From: Planctomycetota bacterium
GTDB taxonomy: Bacteria; Planctomycetota; UBA1135; UBA2386
Assembly: GCA_046290465.1 (NCBI GenBank)
Contig: JBKAGP010000001.1
Location: 4,672,001-4,736,000 of the forward strand
Length of the DNA: 64,000 nucleotides
Reading direction: 5' to 3'
The notes under the pieces are model-generated. The model was given only the letters and a program-made list of their open reading frames with translations. It searched no databases and was not told where the DNA came from. Shown piece after piece: positions 18,627 through 28,493 of this stretch (position 1 is its first letter; each line of letters begins with the position of its first letter). The position numbers were made by a program, and so were the translations under genes.

Positions 18627-20009
18627 TCAGCGCACGACGTGCCAGCGGGTCTGCCGGCCGCCGAGGTAGTAGACGCTGCGGCCGTCGAAGCAGGCGTCCT
18701 GTTCGAGGCCGATCTGCACCCATTGGTCGCCCCACTCCGGGACCTGCACCTTGACGTTGCCTTCGATCGCGTAGCAGGTGTTGGCGTGCAGCGGCCAGTC
18801 GCCGCGCACCGGCGTCGGGCCCTGGTTGTCCCACATGCCGATCGTCGGACCCGGGGCGTGCCCGAAGAAGCCGAGCGGGTGGGTGTAGACGCTGGCTCGC
18901 AGCCCTTCGGACGCGCACTTGCCGAGCGTCGTCGCCAGGATCTGGTTGCCGGTGCGACCGGCGACGAACGACGAGGTCAACAGGTCCTGCCAGTGGTTGC
19001 CGACCTGCAGCGCTGCGACCAGGCCGGCCGGCACGTCCCGTTCGTCGGGGTGCAGCACGTAGCCCATCTCCTGCGTGTCGGTGCACAGCCGCAGGTAGCG
19101 GATGCCGACGTCGCAGTGCAGCACGTCGCCGCGACGGATGGTCGCGTCGCTGTCGCCGAGGAACGGGCGGTCGCCGTCGGCCTGGTCGTTGCGTCGCTGC
19201 ACGTCGCAGATCGGATGGAACCAGACCGGCAGGCCGAGCGACGCGAAGCGCTGCCGCAGCCACCACCGAACGTCGTCGGTGGTGGTGACGCCGGGTGTGA
19301 TCACGTCGTTGGAGAACGCCTCGGCGATGACCCCTCGCGCCAGCTGCACGATCTGCGGATAGACCTCGAGTTCGAGCGTGGTGCGCGTCTCGAGCCAGCG
19401 CACGCACAGCTGCTCGGCGGAGCGCAGCCGCGCCGAACGTTCGCCGAGCGCCGCCTCGAGGCGGGCGCGCAGGCCCGCGCTCAGGCCGTCGGCGACGGCC
19501 CAGTCGTCGCTCGTGTCGACGGCGATCGTCTCGGGGTCGCGCTCGGCGACGATCTCACCGAGTCGCTGCCACTGCTCGTCGACGGAGCCGGTCGTGCCGC
19601 CGTCCCAGGCGCTCTGGTAGAGGTCGCCGAGGCCGTAGCGGCTGACGGTCAGGCGCTCGACCCCGTGCTCGTCGCCGCGGTCGAAGAACACCAGGATGGT
19701 CGTGCGCCGCGCCGCGAACACCGGCGCGGGCACCAGCGTGCGGTAGACGGGGTCCTCGTTGTACTCGCGATTGGCGACGATCCACATCGCGACGCCGCAC
19801 TCGCGCATCAGGCGCGGCAGCAGGTGGTCGAGCCGATCGACGAGCAGTTCGTTGATCTTCGCGCGCTGCGCCGCCAGCGGCAGCACCGCCGGCGGGCGAG
19901 GGACCTGGTAGCCCTGGTCCCATTGCTGCTGGGCCGGCAGGCCGGTGGCCGCGGCGGCGACCAGGGCGAGGGCTGCGGTGAGGTGGCGACGGGTTGGCTG
20001 CGCACGCAT
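18627..20009 (-). CDS. M24 family metallopeptidase (Xaa-Pro aminopeptidase-like)
   Basis: REYNEDPV, GDVLHCDVG, CTDTQ, YTHPLG..GH, AIE motifs; signal peptide. Confidence 0.85.
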   Translation of the reverse strand: MRAQPTRRHLTAALALVAAAATGLPAQQQWDQGYQVPRPPAVLPLAAQRAKINELLVDRLDHLLPRLMRECGVAMWIVANREYNEDPVYRTLVPAPVFAARRTTILVFFDRGDEHGVERLTVSRYGLGDLYQSAWDGGTTGSVDEQWQRLGEIVAERDPETIAVDTSDDWAVADGLSAGLRARLEAALGERSARLRSAEQLCVRWLETRTTLELEVYPQIVQLARGVIAEAFSNDVITPGVTTTDDVRWWLRQRFASLGLPVWFHPICDVQRRNDQADGDRPFLGDSDATIRRGDVLHCDVGIRYLRLCTDTQEMGYVLHPDERDVPAGLVAALQVGNHWQDLLTSSFVAGRTGNQILATTLGKCASEGLRASVYTHPLGFFGHAPGPTIGMWDNQGPTPVRGDWPLHANTCYAIEGNVKVQVPEWGDQWVQIGLEQDACFDGRSVYYLGGRQTRWHVVR

Positions 20010-20032
20010 GCCCGTCAGCGTAGCCGCCGCGG

Positions 20033-21682
20033 CTACGGACGCCGCAACGTCCAGCGTTCGGCGCCGAGCGCGCCGGCGCCGGTGTCGAGCCCGCCCTCGG
20101 GGATCGCACCCTGATGGTCGCGACCCGCGCCGAGCTGTGCCGGCAGGGACTGCGGGCGCGGAGCCTCGGTCGAGCGGCGCATCAGCCAGGTCAGTTCGGC
20201 GCCGAGGCGTTGGCCGGCGTCGTAGGGACGGATTGCGAACGAGGCGCCGTCGAACACGCGCGCGACCTCCGGGACCAGGATCGACGCGTTCTTGGCGACC
20301 TCGCCGTTGACGCGGCGCACCGCGGTCGTCTCGCGCCCGTGCCGCACCGTGTGGTTGCGATCGAGCATCGTCGGCATCGTGATGCGGCCGTCGCCGAGGT
20401 CGAGCCGCAGCTCGGCGTTGACGAGCGACGTGCGCTCGATCATGCGCAAGAACGAGATCGCGCGCTCCCTGGTCTCGCCCTCGGCGATCAGCAGCAGGCG
20501 GCCGCGACGGAACAGCGCGTGCGCGGTGTCGTCCCAGCTGTCGGGGCTGACGTTGCTGTGCAGCAGGTCCTGCAGCTCGTCGGCGTCGAAGCGGCCGGAC
20601 TGCGGCTCCTCGTCGTAGGACTCGTGCAGGTCCTCGCGGCCGCCGACCAGCCGTTCGCTGTCGTGGAAGCGCGGCCAGATGCCGCCGAACGAGGTCAGCG
20701 CCGAGGTCGGCAGCACGGCGACGTCGGCGGGGAGCTTGGCCTTCGGCGGTTCGTGGCGGGCGCGCACGACGATCGTGACGTTGCCGCCGAGTTCTGCCGG
20801 CGCGGTCGCGTTGAACACCAGCGCGCCGCCGTTGGGGATGCGCGCCGACATGCAGCCGGTGGTCGTGTCGACCAGCGGGCGCTGCAGGTCGCCCTGCAGC
20901 GACAGTCCGGTCTGGTGGTCGACCAGCGTGTCGAGTCGGCCGATCGCGAACTGCACCTGCACGACCAGGTCGTCGTCGCTGATCACGCGGTGCGGCGCCA
21001 CCAGCATGCCGACCCCGTCGAACGCCTCGTCGAACGTCGGCACCGCTAGCTGGCGGCCCTCGCTGATCTGCGGCTCGTAGGTGTGCAGGTAGCGCGTCGC
21101 GGTGTGGCGGCCGAGGTATGACGTCATGCCGGCCGGCGTCTGCGCCTTGCCGCGCCAGACCGGGTCGTGGCTCTCGAACAGACCGCGTGCCTGGTCGGGC
21201 TGCACGATCGTCGGCGGCAGCAGCGTGCCGTCGTGGCGGATCACGACCGCGTCGATCTGGACCTCGCAGACCAGGTGGTCGTCGAGTGCTGCGAGCAGCG
21301 CCTTGGTCTCGGCGAGGTGCGCCTTGGGTGCGGTGACGTGCAGGCGTCCTTCGCGCGCGTCGAGGCGGGCGCCGTCGGCCTCCTCCTCGAAGCGCCGATC
21401 GAGCAGGTGCACGATCTCGAACAGCTCGTCGAACTCGACCACGCACTCCGGTTCGGCGCGGGCGTGCACGAGGAACGGCCAGGACTCGAGCCGGCGCAGG
21501 CCGACCATCGACTGGAACGGCAGCCGCGGCGTCGGCTGGTGGACTCCGGTCAGGTGCTGGACCGGCAGGATCGCGTAGGCGTTGGGCTCGACGACGTCGC
21601 TCTGTGCTACGGCGGGGGTGGCGAGGGCGGCGAGCAGGACGGGCGACCACGCCGGACGGATGCGGCGGAGGGGGTGCTTCAT
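20033..21682 (-). CDS. Secreted protein with two secretin-like modules
   Basis: Signal peptide; two similar segments (YLHTYEPQISEG...DGVGMLVAP and AVRRVNGEVAKNA...DGASFAIRP); N3-like LLHSNVSPDSW. Confidence 0.55.
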   Translation of the reverse strand: MKHPLRRIRPAWSPVLLAALATPAVAQSDVVEPNAYAILPVQHLTGVHQPTPRLPFQSMVGLRRLESWPFLVHARAEPECVVEFDELFEIVHLLDRRFEEEADGARLDAREGRLHVTAPKAHLAETKALLAALDDHLVCEVQIDAVVIRHDGTLLPPTIVQPDQARGLFESHDPVWRGKAQTPAGMTSYLGRHTATRYLHTYEPQISEGRQLAVPTFDEAFDGVGMLVAPHRVISDDDLVVQVQFAIGRLDTLVDHQTGLSLQGDLQRPLVDTTTGCMSARIPNGGALVFNATAPAELGGNVTIVVRARHEPPKAKLPADVAVLPTSALTSFGGIWPRFHDSERLVGGREDLHESYDEEPQSGRFDADELQDLLHSNVSPDSWDDTAHALFRRGRLLLIAEGETRERAISFLRMIERTSLVNAELRLDLGDGRITMPTMLDRNHTVRHGRETTAVRRVNGEVAKNASILVPEVARVFDGASFAIRPYDAGQRLGAELTWLMRRSTEAPRPQSLPAQLGAGRDHQGAIPEGGLDTGAGALGAERWTLRRP

Positions 21683-21828
21683 GGGCGGGCTTCGAGGGTG
21701 ATGGGTTCGCCCGGTTGGACCGTGCGAGGCCGTGCGCGTAAGGACCGCGGCGCGTCGGCGGCGAATAGTTCCCGACCGTCACGTAGGCTGGCCCCGCCCG
21801 ATCGAACCCCCGCGACCGCGACCCCGCG

Positions 21829-23628
21829 ATGAGCCAAGCAAGCCAACCCAAGTCCCTCGGCCGCCGCCTGTTGACGTTCTTCGCCGTGGCTGCGGCGCTG
21901 CTCGGAGCGGTCGCCTTCTGGATCTGGAACGGCCCCGCCGCCGCGCCGCGCAATCCGCTGCGGCCGTTCGTCGTCGAGCGCCAGGCCGACGGCTCGTGGC
22001 CGCCGCTGCCGTCCGAGGAGCGGGCCTTCGAGGTGTCGTTCGGTGCGACCGAGCGGAGGTCGCAGACCCAGACGTCGACCCGGCAGGGCGTGACCGCCTC
22101 GCAGGACGCGCGCTTCGCCTGCCGTTCGATCCTGGTGACGACCCGCACGGACCGCCCGCTGGAGCAGGCGATCGCCGCGCGCGTCGTCGCCGGCCTGCAG
22201 CAGGACGACTACGTGCGGCAGGTGCGCTATCGGTCGGCGAACGCCGAGGTGCCGGTCGGCGTCGCGCGGCCGGACCTGGTCGTCGAGATCGAACTGCGGG
22301 ACGTCGACGACGACACGCTGCTCGGCAGCGGCGAAGGCAAGGCCGAACTCGTCGTGCACGTCGGCACCGGCATGCGGCACGGCAGCGTGCACAGGACCGA
22401 GGACCAGCCGGCGCCGCCGCGGATCGATCTGGATCTCGAGGTGACGGTGCAGTCGACGTTCGAGCAGGGTGGTTTCGCGACGCCCAACCTGGTGTTCGCG
22501 TCGATCGCCGACGAGCTGGCCGCGCCGGTGTGCAAGCACTTCGACAAGGAGTTCGCCGCGCTGCGCGAGCAGTACGGCGTGCCGCCGTACCTGCCGCCCG
22601 GCTTCGCCGTCGCGTTCCGTCCGGTCGACGAGCGCTTCGATGTCGCCCGGCTCGTGCCGGAGGGCGTGCCGGTCCGGCTGCTCGCTGCCTGGAACGGGCC
22701 GCTGATGCACAACGAGAGCTGGTGGTCGGCGCGCATCGACGGCACGGTGCAGGGCACGCTCGAGTGGGTCGAAGCCGCGATGGCCGAGATGGGCTACCAG
22801 CCCGACAAGGTCCACACGCGATCCCATCGCATCTACCGCGCGGGCGACGTCGTCATCACCGTCGACGCGATGCAGCCGCGCCGGCGGGTCGGCGTGCTCT
22901 ACCGCGCCGACGAGCCGCAGCCCGAGGTCGTCGACCTGAGCGTTCGCTATCGTCATCGCGCCGATCGGCAGCTGGTCGCGGCGGCGTTCGAGGGCGTGCT
23001 GGGGGACGGCGTCGCACCCGAAGTGCTGCTCGCCTGCCTCGCCAAGATGAAGGGCGACGCCCACGAGCGCGGCCTGCAGCGCGTCGGCGCGCTCGAGCTG
23101 GACGAACCGTCCGATCTGATGCTGCGGGCGCGCGCACGGGATCGCGCCGGCGACGCCGCCGGCGCGGCCGACGACCTGCTGCGGGCGCTGCTGTTCGCCG
23201 ACGTCAGCTTCGACCGGCGCAAGCAGGTCGAGAAGGTCGAGAGCGCCGCCAAGTCGCTGGAGATCGAGCTCGACCGCTACGGCGTCGCCCCGGAGTGGCT
23301 GCGGGACAACGGCTTCTTCGAGCTGCAGAAGGACGGCGAGGCCGTCGAGGCGACGGCGACCGGCAGCGAGCCGGTGCGCTGCTTCGTGATGTCGCAGGAC
23401 GGCGACGGACGCGACGTCGCCAGGCTGTTCGCGGTCGGGCCGGACCGCTCGAGCAGCAGCGGCGAGTGGCTGGGTTCGATCCTGGTGTTCGACCACGGCC
23501 ACACCAGTTCGCAGGGGCGCGGCGGCAGCGGGGAGCGCACCTACCCCTCGGACTTCGGCACGATCCACTACGAGTTCGTCGACGATCCGGCCGACGCGCG
23601 TGCCGACGTGCGCGTCCGGTTGCGCTGA
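21829..23628 (+). CDS. Hypothetical membrane-anchored protein
   Basis: 599 aa, N-terminal TM, high GC3 in this frame. Confidence 0.75.
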   Translation: MSQASQPKSLGRRLLTFFAVAAALLGAVAFWIWNGPAAAPRNPLRPFVVERQADGSWPPLPSEERAFEVSFGATERRSQTQTSTRQGVTASQDARFACRSILVTTRTDRPLEQAIAARVVAGLQQDDYVRQVRYRSANAEVPVGVARPDLVVEIELRDVDDDTLLGSGEGKAELVVHVGTGMRHGSVHRTEDQPAPPRIDLDLEVTVQSTFEQGGFATPNLVFASIADELAAPVCKHFDKEFAALREQYGVPPYLPPGFAVAFRPVDERFDVARLVPEGVPVRLLAAWNGPLMHNESWWSARIDGTVQGTLEWVEAAMAEMGYQPDKVHTRSHRIYRAGDVVITVDAMQPRRRVGVLYRADEPQPEVVDLSVRYRHRADRQLVAAAFEGVLGDGVAPEVLLACLAKMKGDAHERGLQRVGALELDEPSDLMLRARARDRAGDAAGAADDLLRALLFADVSFDRRKQVEKVESAAKSLEIELDRYGVAPEWLRDNGFFELQKDGEAVEATATGSEPVRCFVMSQDGDGRDVARLFAVGPDRSSSSGEWLGSILVFDHGHTSSQGRGGSGERTYPSDFGTIHYEFVDDPADARADVRVRLR

Positions 23629-23743
23629 CGCCGTCACCGATGCGCCGGTGCGAAGGGCTGGACGGCCGCGTGGCGCGCCCGGTGCGATCGGTGGTGCAAT
23701 CGGTGGCTTGAGTTGCGCGGCGTTCGGAAGTTCGATGGGGGCA

Positions 23744-24073
23744 ATGACCTCGGACTTCTACTGTGACGAAGTGCTGAGCGGGCGCACCGCCGTCGACGTG
23801 GTCGCGGAGACGCCCGAGGTGCTCGCCTACCACCACACGCGGCCGTTCTGGCCGGTGCACATCGTCGTGATCCCCAAGCTGCACGTGCCGTCGCTGACCG
23901 ACCTCGGAGACGGCGACGAGGCGCTGCTGCATCGGCTGCTGACGGTCGTGCGCGAGGTGGCTTCGGACGTCGAACGCGAGCACGGCAAGGCGCGCGTGCT
24001 GACCAACCTCGGCGCCTACCAGGACAGCAAGCACCTGCACTTCCACGTCAACAGCGGGGAGCCACGGCGATGA
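23744..24073 (+). CDS. HIT family protein
   Basis: DFYC, HIVVIPK.H, HLHFHV histidine triad. Confidence 0.9.
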   Translation: MTSDFYCDEVLSGRTAVDVVAETPEVLAYHHTRPFWPVHIVVIPKLHVPSLTDLGDGDEALLHRLLTVVREVASDVEREHGKARVLTNLGAYQDSKHLHFHVNSGEPRR

Positions 24074-25173
24074 GTCGCGCTCCGATCGACCCCGCGCACC
24101 TGCGAGACGCGGTGTCGCAGTTCGCCATCGCCGGCGAGCTGTGCGACGTGCAGCCGCTGCAGCGTGGGCACATCCACGACACGTTCGTGTCGACCTGGTC
24201 GGACGAGGGGCGGCAGCGTCGCTTCCTGCACCAGCGCATGAACGACAAGGTGTTCCACGACATCCCGGCGGTGATGCACAACATCGAGACCGTCAGTCGG
24301 CACCTGCGGCGCAAGATGGCCGGCAAGAGCACGCTCGACGGCTTCCGTGTGCTCGACCTGGTGTCGACGCGTGAGGAGCGCTCCTACCTGGTGGCGGACA
24401 GCGGCCAGTGGCGCACCTACTCGTTCATCGAGAACACCTCGAGCCGTGATCACTGCAGCCGGCCGGAGCAGGCCTTCGAGGCGGCGCGCGCGTTCGGTTG
24501 GTTCACGTCCCAGCTCGCCGACCTCGACGCGAGCAACCTGCGCGAGACGTTGCCGCGGTTCTTCAGCACGCCCTACCGGCTGCAGCAGTTCGAGGATGCG
24601 CTCGCGGAGGATCCGCGCAACCGCGCCAAGGACTGCGTCGGCGAGATCCGCTTCGCGCAGACGCGGCGCGAGTCGGCGTTCGTGATCGACGGCATGCTGC
24701 AGCGCGGCGAGCTGCCGATGCGGACCGTGCACGGTGACACCAAGCTCAACAACGTGCTGTTCTGCAACGAGACCGACCGGGCGCAGTGCATCGTCGACCT
24801 CGACACCTGCATGCCCGGCTACTCGCTGTACGACTTCGGCGATCTGGTGCGATTCACCGCGGCGACCTCCGACGAGGACGAGCGCGACCTCGACCAGGTC
24901 GGCACCGACCTCGGCCTCTACCGACAGCTCGTCAACGGCTACCTCGAGGGCACGCGCGGCGCGCTCTCCAAGGTCGAGATCGAGCTGATGCCGTTCGCGG
25001 CGCGGCTGGTCACCTGCACGATCGGACTGCGCTTCCTCGCCGACCACCTGGCCGGCGACGTGTACTTCAAGGTCCATCGTGAAGGGCACAATCTCGATCG
25101 GGCGCGCGTGCAGTTTCGGATGGTCGAGAAGATGGAGGAGCAGGCCGACGCGATGGCCGTCGTCGCCAGCTGA
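24070..25173 (+). CDS. Aminoglycoside phosphotransferase family kinase (N-acetylhexosamine 1-kinase-like)
   Basis: GHIHDTF, HGDTKLNN, VDLDT.MPG, DFGD, GDVYFK...HNLDRA. Confidence 0.85.
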   Translation: MSRAPIDPAHLRDAVSQFAIAGELCDVQPLQRGHIHDTFVSTWSDEGRQRRFLHQRMNDKVFHDIPAVMHNIETVSRHLRRKMAGKSTLDGFRVLDLVSTREERSYLVADSGQWRTYSFIENTSSRDHCSRPEQAFEAARAFGWFTSQLADLDASNLRETLPRFFSTPYRLQQFEDALAEDPRNRAKDCVGEIRFAQTRRESAFVIDGMLQRGELPMRTVHGDTKLNNVLFCNETDRAQCIVDLDTCMPGYSLYDFGDLVRFTAATSDEDERDLDQVGTDLGLYRQLVNGYLEGTRGALSKVEIELMPFAARLVTCTIGLRFLADHLAGDVYFKVHREGHNLDRARVQFRMVEKMEEQADAMAVVAS

Positions 25174-25184
25174 GCTTCCGAACG

Positions 25185-25952
25185 ATGTGCGAGCTTCGCA
25201 GCTACCTGATCTGTGCGACGCAGCGATGCGGCAGCACGCTGCTGTGCGAGTGGCTCGACCAGACCGGCGTGCTGGGCCATCCCAACGAGTACCTCGGCCT
25301 GTGGCAGGAGTACGCGAATCGGGACGACGCGCCGTTCTGGGAGCTGGTGGTGCAGGAGACCAAGGACCGCTGGCGCGGCGCCAACGGCGTGTTCGGCTGC
25401 AAGGTGATGGCCAACACGTTTCCGGTCGCGATGCAGTGGCTGCGGCGAGTGCCGGCGGCCGCGGGCCTGGACGACTGGCGCGTCGGACAGCTGGCGTTCG
25501 GGCCGGGGCCGGTGGTGCGGGTGCAGCGGCGGGACCGGGTGCGACAGGCGATCTCGCGCTACATCGCGATGCAGACCGGCATCTACCACGTCGCCGCCGA
25601 CGATGCGGTCGGCAGCGAACTGCTCGGGGGCGCGCTGGGCAGTCGCGAGGCGGACCGCCGCGAGCGGATCCCGTTCGACTTCGCCGCGATCGACGCGCAG
25701 GTGGCGCTGATCGGCCGGGAGGAGCGCTACTGGGACGAGCTGTTCGCGGCGGCCGGGGTGGCGCCGCTCGAGCTGGTCTACGAGGACTTCGTGCGCGACC
25801 GGGCCGGCACCGTGCGGGCCGTGCTCGAGCACGTCGGCATCGACCCGGCGGACGCCAACCTCGCGTTCGAGGAGCGCATGGCGCGCATGTCGGACGGTGT
25901 CAACGAGCGGTTCTATCGGGAGTACCAGGCACACAAGGATGCGGCGGGCTGA
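25185..25952 (+). CDS. Stf0 family sulfotransferase
   Basis: SYLICATQRCGSTLL, P.EY, NGVFG.K.M, RRD.V.QAIS, YED. Confidence 0.88.
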   Translation: MCELRSYLICATQRCGSTLLCEWLDQTGVLGHPNEYLGLWQEYANRDDAPFWELVVQETKDRWRGANGVFGCKVMANTFPVAMQWLRRVPAAAGLDDWRVGQLAFGPGPVVRVQRRDRVRQAISRYIAMQTGIYHVAADDAVGSELLGGALGSREADRRERIPFDFAAIDAQVALIGREERYWDELFAAAGVAPLELVYEDFVRDRAGTVRAVLEHVGIDPADANLAFEERMARMSDGVNERFYREYQAHKDAAG

Positions 25953-25973
25953 TCCGGTAAGGTCTCTCGGCCG

Positions 25974-27473
25974 ATGTCCGACGACGACCTGCACCAACGA
26001 GACCGACACGAGCCGCACCTGCAGTGGCTCGAGGCCCTGGCGGCCTCCCCCGAGCGGCTGCTCGACCTCGACGAAGACCTGCTCAACCGGCTGCGGCGCG
26101 CGGCCGGCAAGGTCGCGCTGCCCGACCGCATGACGCGCCGCAAGCTGGCGCACGAGCGGCGCAGCCGGCTCCGCCGTGAGGTTCGCGAGCAGGACGACCG
26201 CGCGCTCGAGGCGACCAGCAACCGCCAGCTGAAGCGCGCGCTGTCGTTCCCGGTGGCGCCGCGGCAGCTCGAGATCACCGCCGAACAGCGGCAGTTGCTG
26301 GAGCGGCAGGCGCGCGAACGACCCAAGGAAGAGCGCCGACGCCTCAACAAGTCGCAGGCGTGCTACGTCTGCAAGGAGCAGTACACCGAGCTGCACTTCC
26401 ACTACGACTCGATGTGCCCGAACTGCGCCGACCTCAACTGGGTCAAGCGCACCGCGACCGCCGATCTGAGCGGCCGGGTCGCGATCGTCACCGGCTCGCG
26501 CGTCAAGATCGGCTACGAGATCGTGCTGTTCCTGCTGCGCGCCGGCTGCCGGGTGATCGCGACGACGCGCTTTGCGTGCGATGCCGCGCGGCGCTTCGAG
26601 CAGGCCGAGGACTTCGAGCTGTGGCGCGATCGGCTCGACCTGCGCGCGCTCGACCTGCGCCACACGCCGTCGGTCGAGAACTTCTGCGACGAGCTGCTGC
26701 GCACCGAGACGCGGCTCGACTTCCTGGTGCACAACGCCTGCCAGACCGTTCGGCGGCCGCCCGACTGCTACCGCGACATGGCGTCGCGCGAGAATCCGCA
26801 GGACCTGCCGCCGCAGCTGCAGGGCCTGCTCGGCCAGCAGACGTCCGAACGGGCGCTGTCGATCCACCGCGCGCCGGACAGCGTCGCCGCGCTGAGCCAG
26901 CTCGACTTGCTGGGCGAGGGCGACCAGAGCCACCTGTTCCCGACCGAGATGAAGGACGGCGAGGGCCAGCAGCTCGACCTGCGCGACAAGAACTCGTGGC
27001 GCATGGAGCTGGCCGAGGTGCCGACGGTCGAACTGCTCGAGGTGCAGCTGGTCAACCAGATCGCTCCGTTCGTGATGAATGGCCGGCTCAAGCCGCTGAT
27101 GCTCGCGGTGCCGACGGCGGACAAGCACATCGTCAACGTGTCGGCGATGGAGGGGCAGTTCAACCGCGCGCTCAAGACGACGCGCCACCCGCACACCAAC
27201 ATGGCCAAGGCGGCGCTCAACATGATGACGCGCACGTCGGCGGCGGACTACGTCAAGGACGGCATCCACATGAACAGCGTCGACACCGGCTGGGTGACCG
27301 ACGAGGACGACTTCGCGCGCACGGTCGAGAAGGAGGAAGCGCAGAGGTTCGCGCCGCCGCTCGACTCGATCGACGGCGCCGCGCGGTGCGTCGATCCGAT
27401 CTTCGTCGGCATCAACACCGGCCACCACTGCTGGGGCCAGTTCCTCAAGGACTACGCGCCGGCGCCGTGGTAG
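25974..27473 (+). CDS. SDR oxidoreductase with N-terminal CxxC...CxxC domain
   Basis: CYVC...CPNC, VTGSRVKIG, HPHTNMAKAALNMMTRT, VDTGWVTDE. Confidence 0.88.
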   Translation: MSDDDLHQRDRHEPHLQWLEALAASPERLLDLDEDLLNRLRRAAGKVALPDRMTRRKLAHERRSRLRREVREQDDRALEATSNRQLKRALSFPVAPRQLEITAEQRQLLERQARERPKEERRRLNKSQACYVCKEQYTELHFHYDSMCPNCADLNWVKRTATADLSGRVAIVTGSRVKIGYEIVLFLLRAGCRVIATTRFACDAARRFEQAEDFELWRDRLDLRALDLRHTPSVENFCDELLRTETRLDFLVHNACQTVRRPPDCYRDMASRENPQDLPPQLQGLLGQQTSERALSIHRAPDSVAALSQLDLLGEGDQSHLFPTEMKDGEGQQLDLRDKNSWRMELAEVPTVELLEVQLVNQIAPFVMNGRLKPLMLAVPTADKHIVNVSAMEGQFNRALKTTRHPHTNMAKAALNMMTRTSAADYVKDGIHMNSVDTGWVTDEDDFARTVEKEEAQRFAPPLDSIDGAARCVDPIFVGINTGHHCWGQFLKDYAPAPW

Positions 27474-27475
27474 GG

Positions 27476-28186
27476 ATGCTCGAACAGGTGCACGTCGTGC
27501 TGTTGCGGCCGCGCTGGGCGCGCAACCTCGGCAGCGTCGCGCGCGCGATGAAGAACTTCGGCCTGCAGCGGCTGTCGATCGTCGAGTCGCAGATCGGTTC
27601 GTGGAACGACGCGTGGCAGATGGCGGTGCACGCCGACGACGTGCTCGACGCGGCCGTGCAGACCGAGGACCTGGAGGCGACGCTCGCCGAGGCCAGCTGG
27701 GTCGTCGGCACGACCAACAACCCGCCGAAGTCGGTGCGCGTCATGACGCCGCGCGAGGTCGCCGAGGAGGCGTTGCGGCGCGGCCCGCCGACGCTGCTGT
27801 TCGGCGGCGAAATCAACGGCCTCGACCCCGCCGAACTGCTGCGCTGCCATGCCGTGTCGGTGGTGCCGACCGCGCCCGCGCAGTCGTCGCTCAACCTCGC
27901 CCAGGCGGTCTGCGTCTACGGTGCCGAGCTGTTCGCCGCGTGCCGGCAGGCGGAGACGAGCGACGCGCCGGTCGAGGTCGCGGCTTCGACCGAGTTGATG
28001 CAGCGGCTCGAGAAGCTGCTCGAGCACGCGCTGAGCCAGTCGCAGTGGGCCAAGGCCAACCGGCCGAAGAACGCGATCGGCCAGCTGATGCAGCCGTTCT
28101 ATCGGGCCGGCCTGACCGAGAGCGAGGTGCACGCGTGGCTGTCGGCGATGGGCAAGATCTGGCGCCCGAAGGACGCCGAGTACTAG
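27476..28186 (+). CDS. trmJ: SPOUT RNA methyltransferase, TrmJ/LasT family
   Basis: NLGSVARAMKNFGL, LFGGE.NGL, SLNLAQAV. Confidence 0.8.
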   Translation: MLEQVHVVLLRPRWARNLGSVARAMKNFGLQRLSIVESQIGSWNDAWQMAVHADDVLDAAVQTEDLEATLAEASWVVGTTNNPPKSVRVMTPREVAEEALRRGPPTLLFGGEINGLDPAELLRCHAVSVVPTAPAQSSLNLAQAVCVYGAELFAACRQAETSDAPVEVAASTELMQRLEKLLEHALSQSQWAKANRPKNAIGQLMQPFYRAGLTESEVHAWLSAMGKIWRPKDAEY

Positions 28187-28352
28187 GAGCGCGTCCATGT
28201 AGTGGACGCGCTGCCAACCGTGATCGCGGAAGCGGCGTGTACGCATACGGACGGGGCTTTGCCCACTAGGAGCGCGTCCATGTAGTGGACGCGATGCCAA
28301 CCGTGATCGCGGAAGCGGCGTGTACGCTTGCGGACGGGGATTTGCCAACTAG
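28183..28352. repeat. Two tandem 83-bp REP/BIME-like units, reverse orientation relative to the 9602-9771 array
   Basis: CTAG at 28183, 28266 and 28349; near-identical to the reverse complement of the 9602 units, second unit more diverged. Confidence 0.92.
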
Positions 28353-28493
28353 CCCGCAACCGCCCATGCCGTCGGGGGCACGGTCCCCGTTCACGATGCC
28401 GCGAGCGGCGTGCCGATGGAGCGATGTCGAGCCGCGCGTCCCACGGACGCGTGGCCCGGCCTTGTTCGACGAAGCGCACCCGCGACCTGCAGC

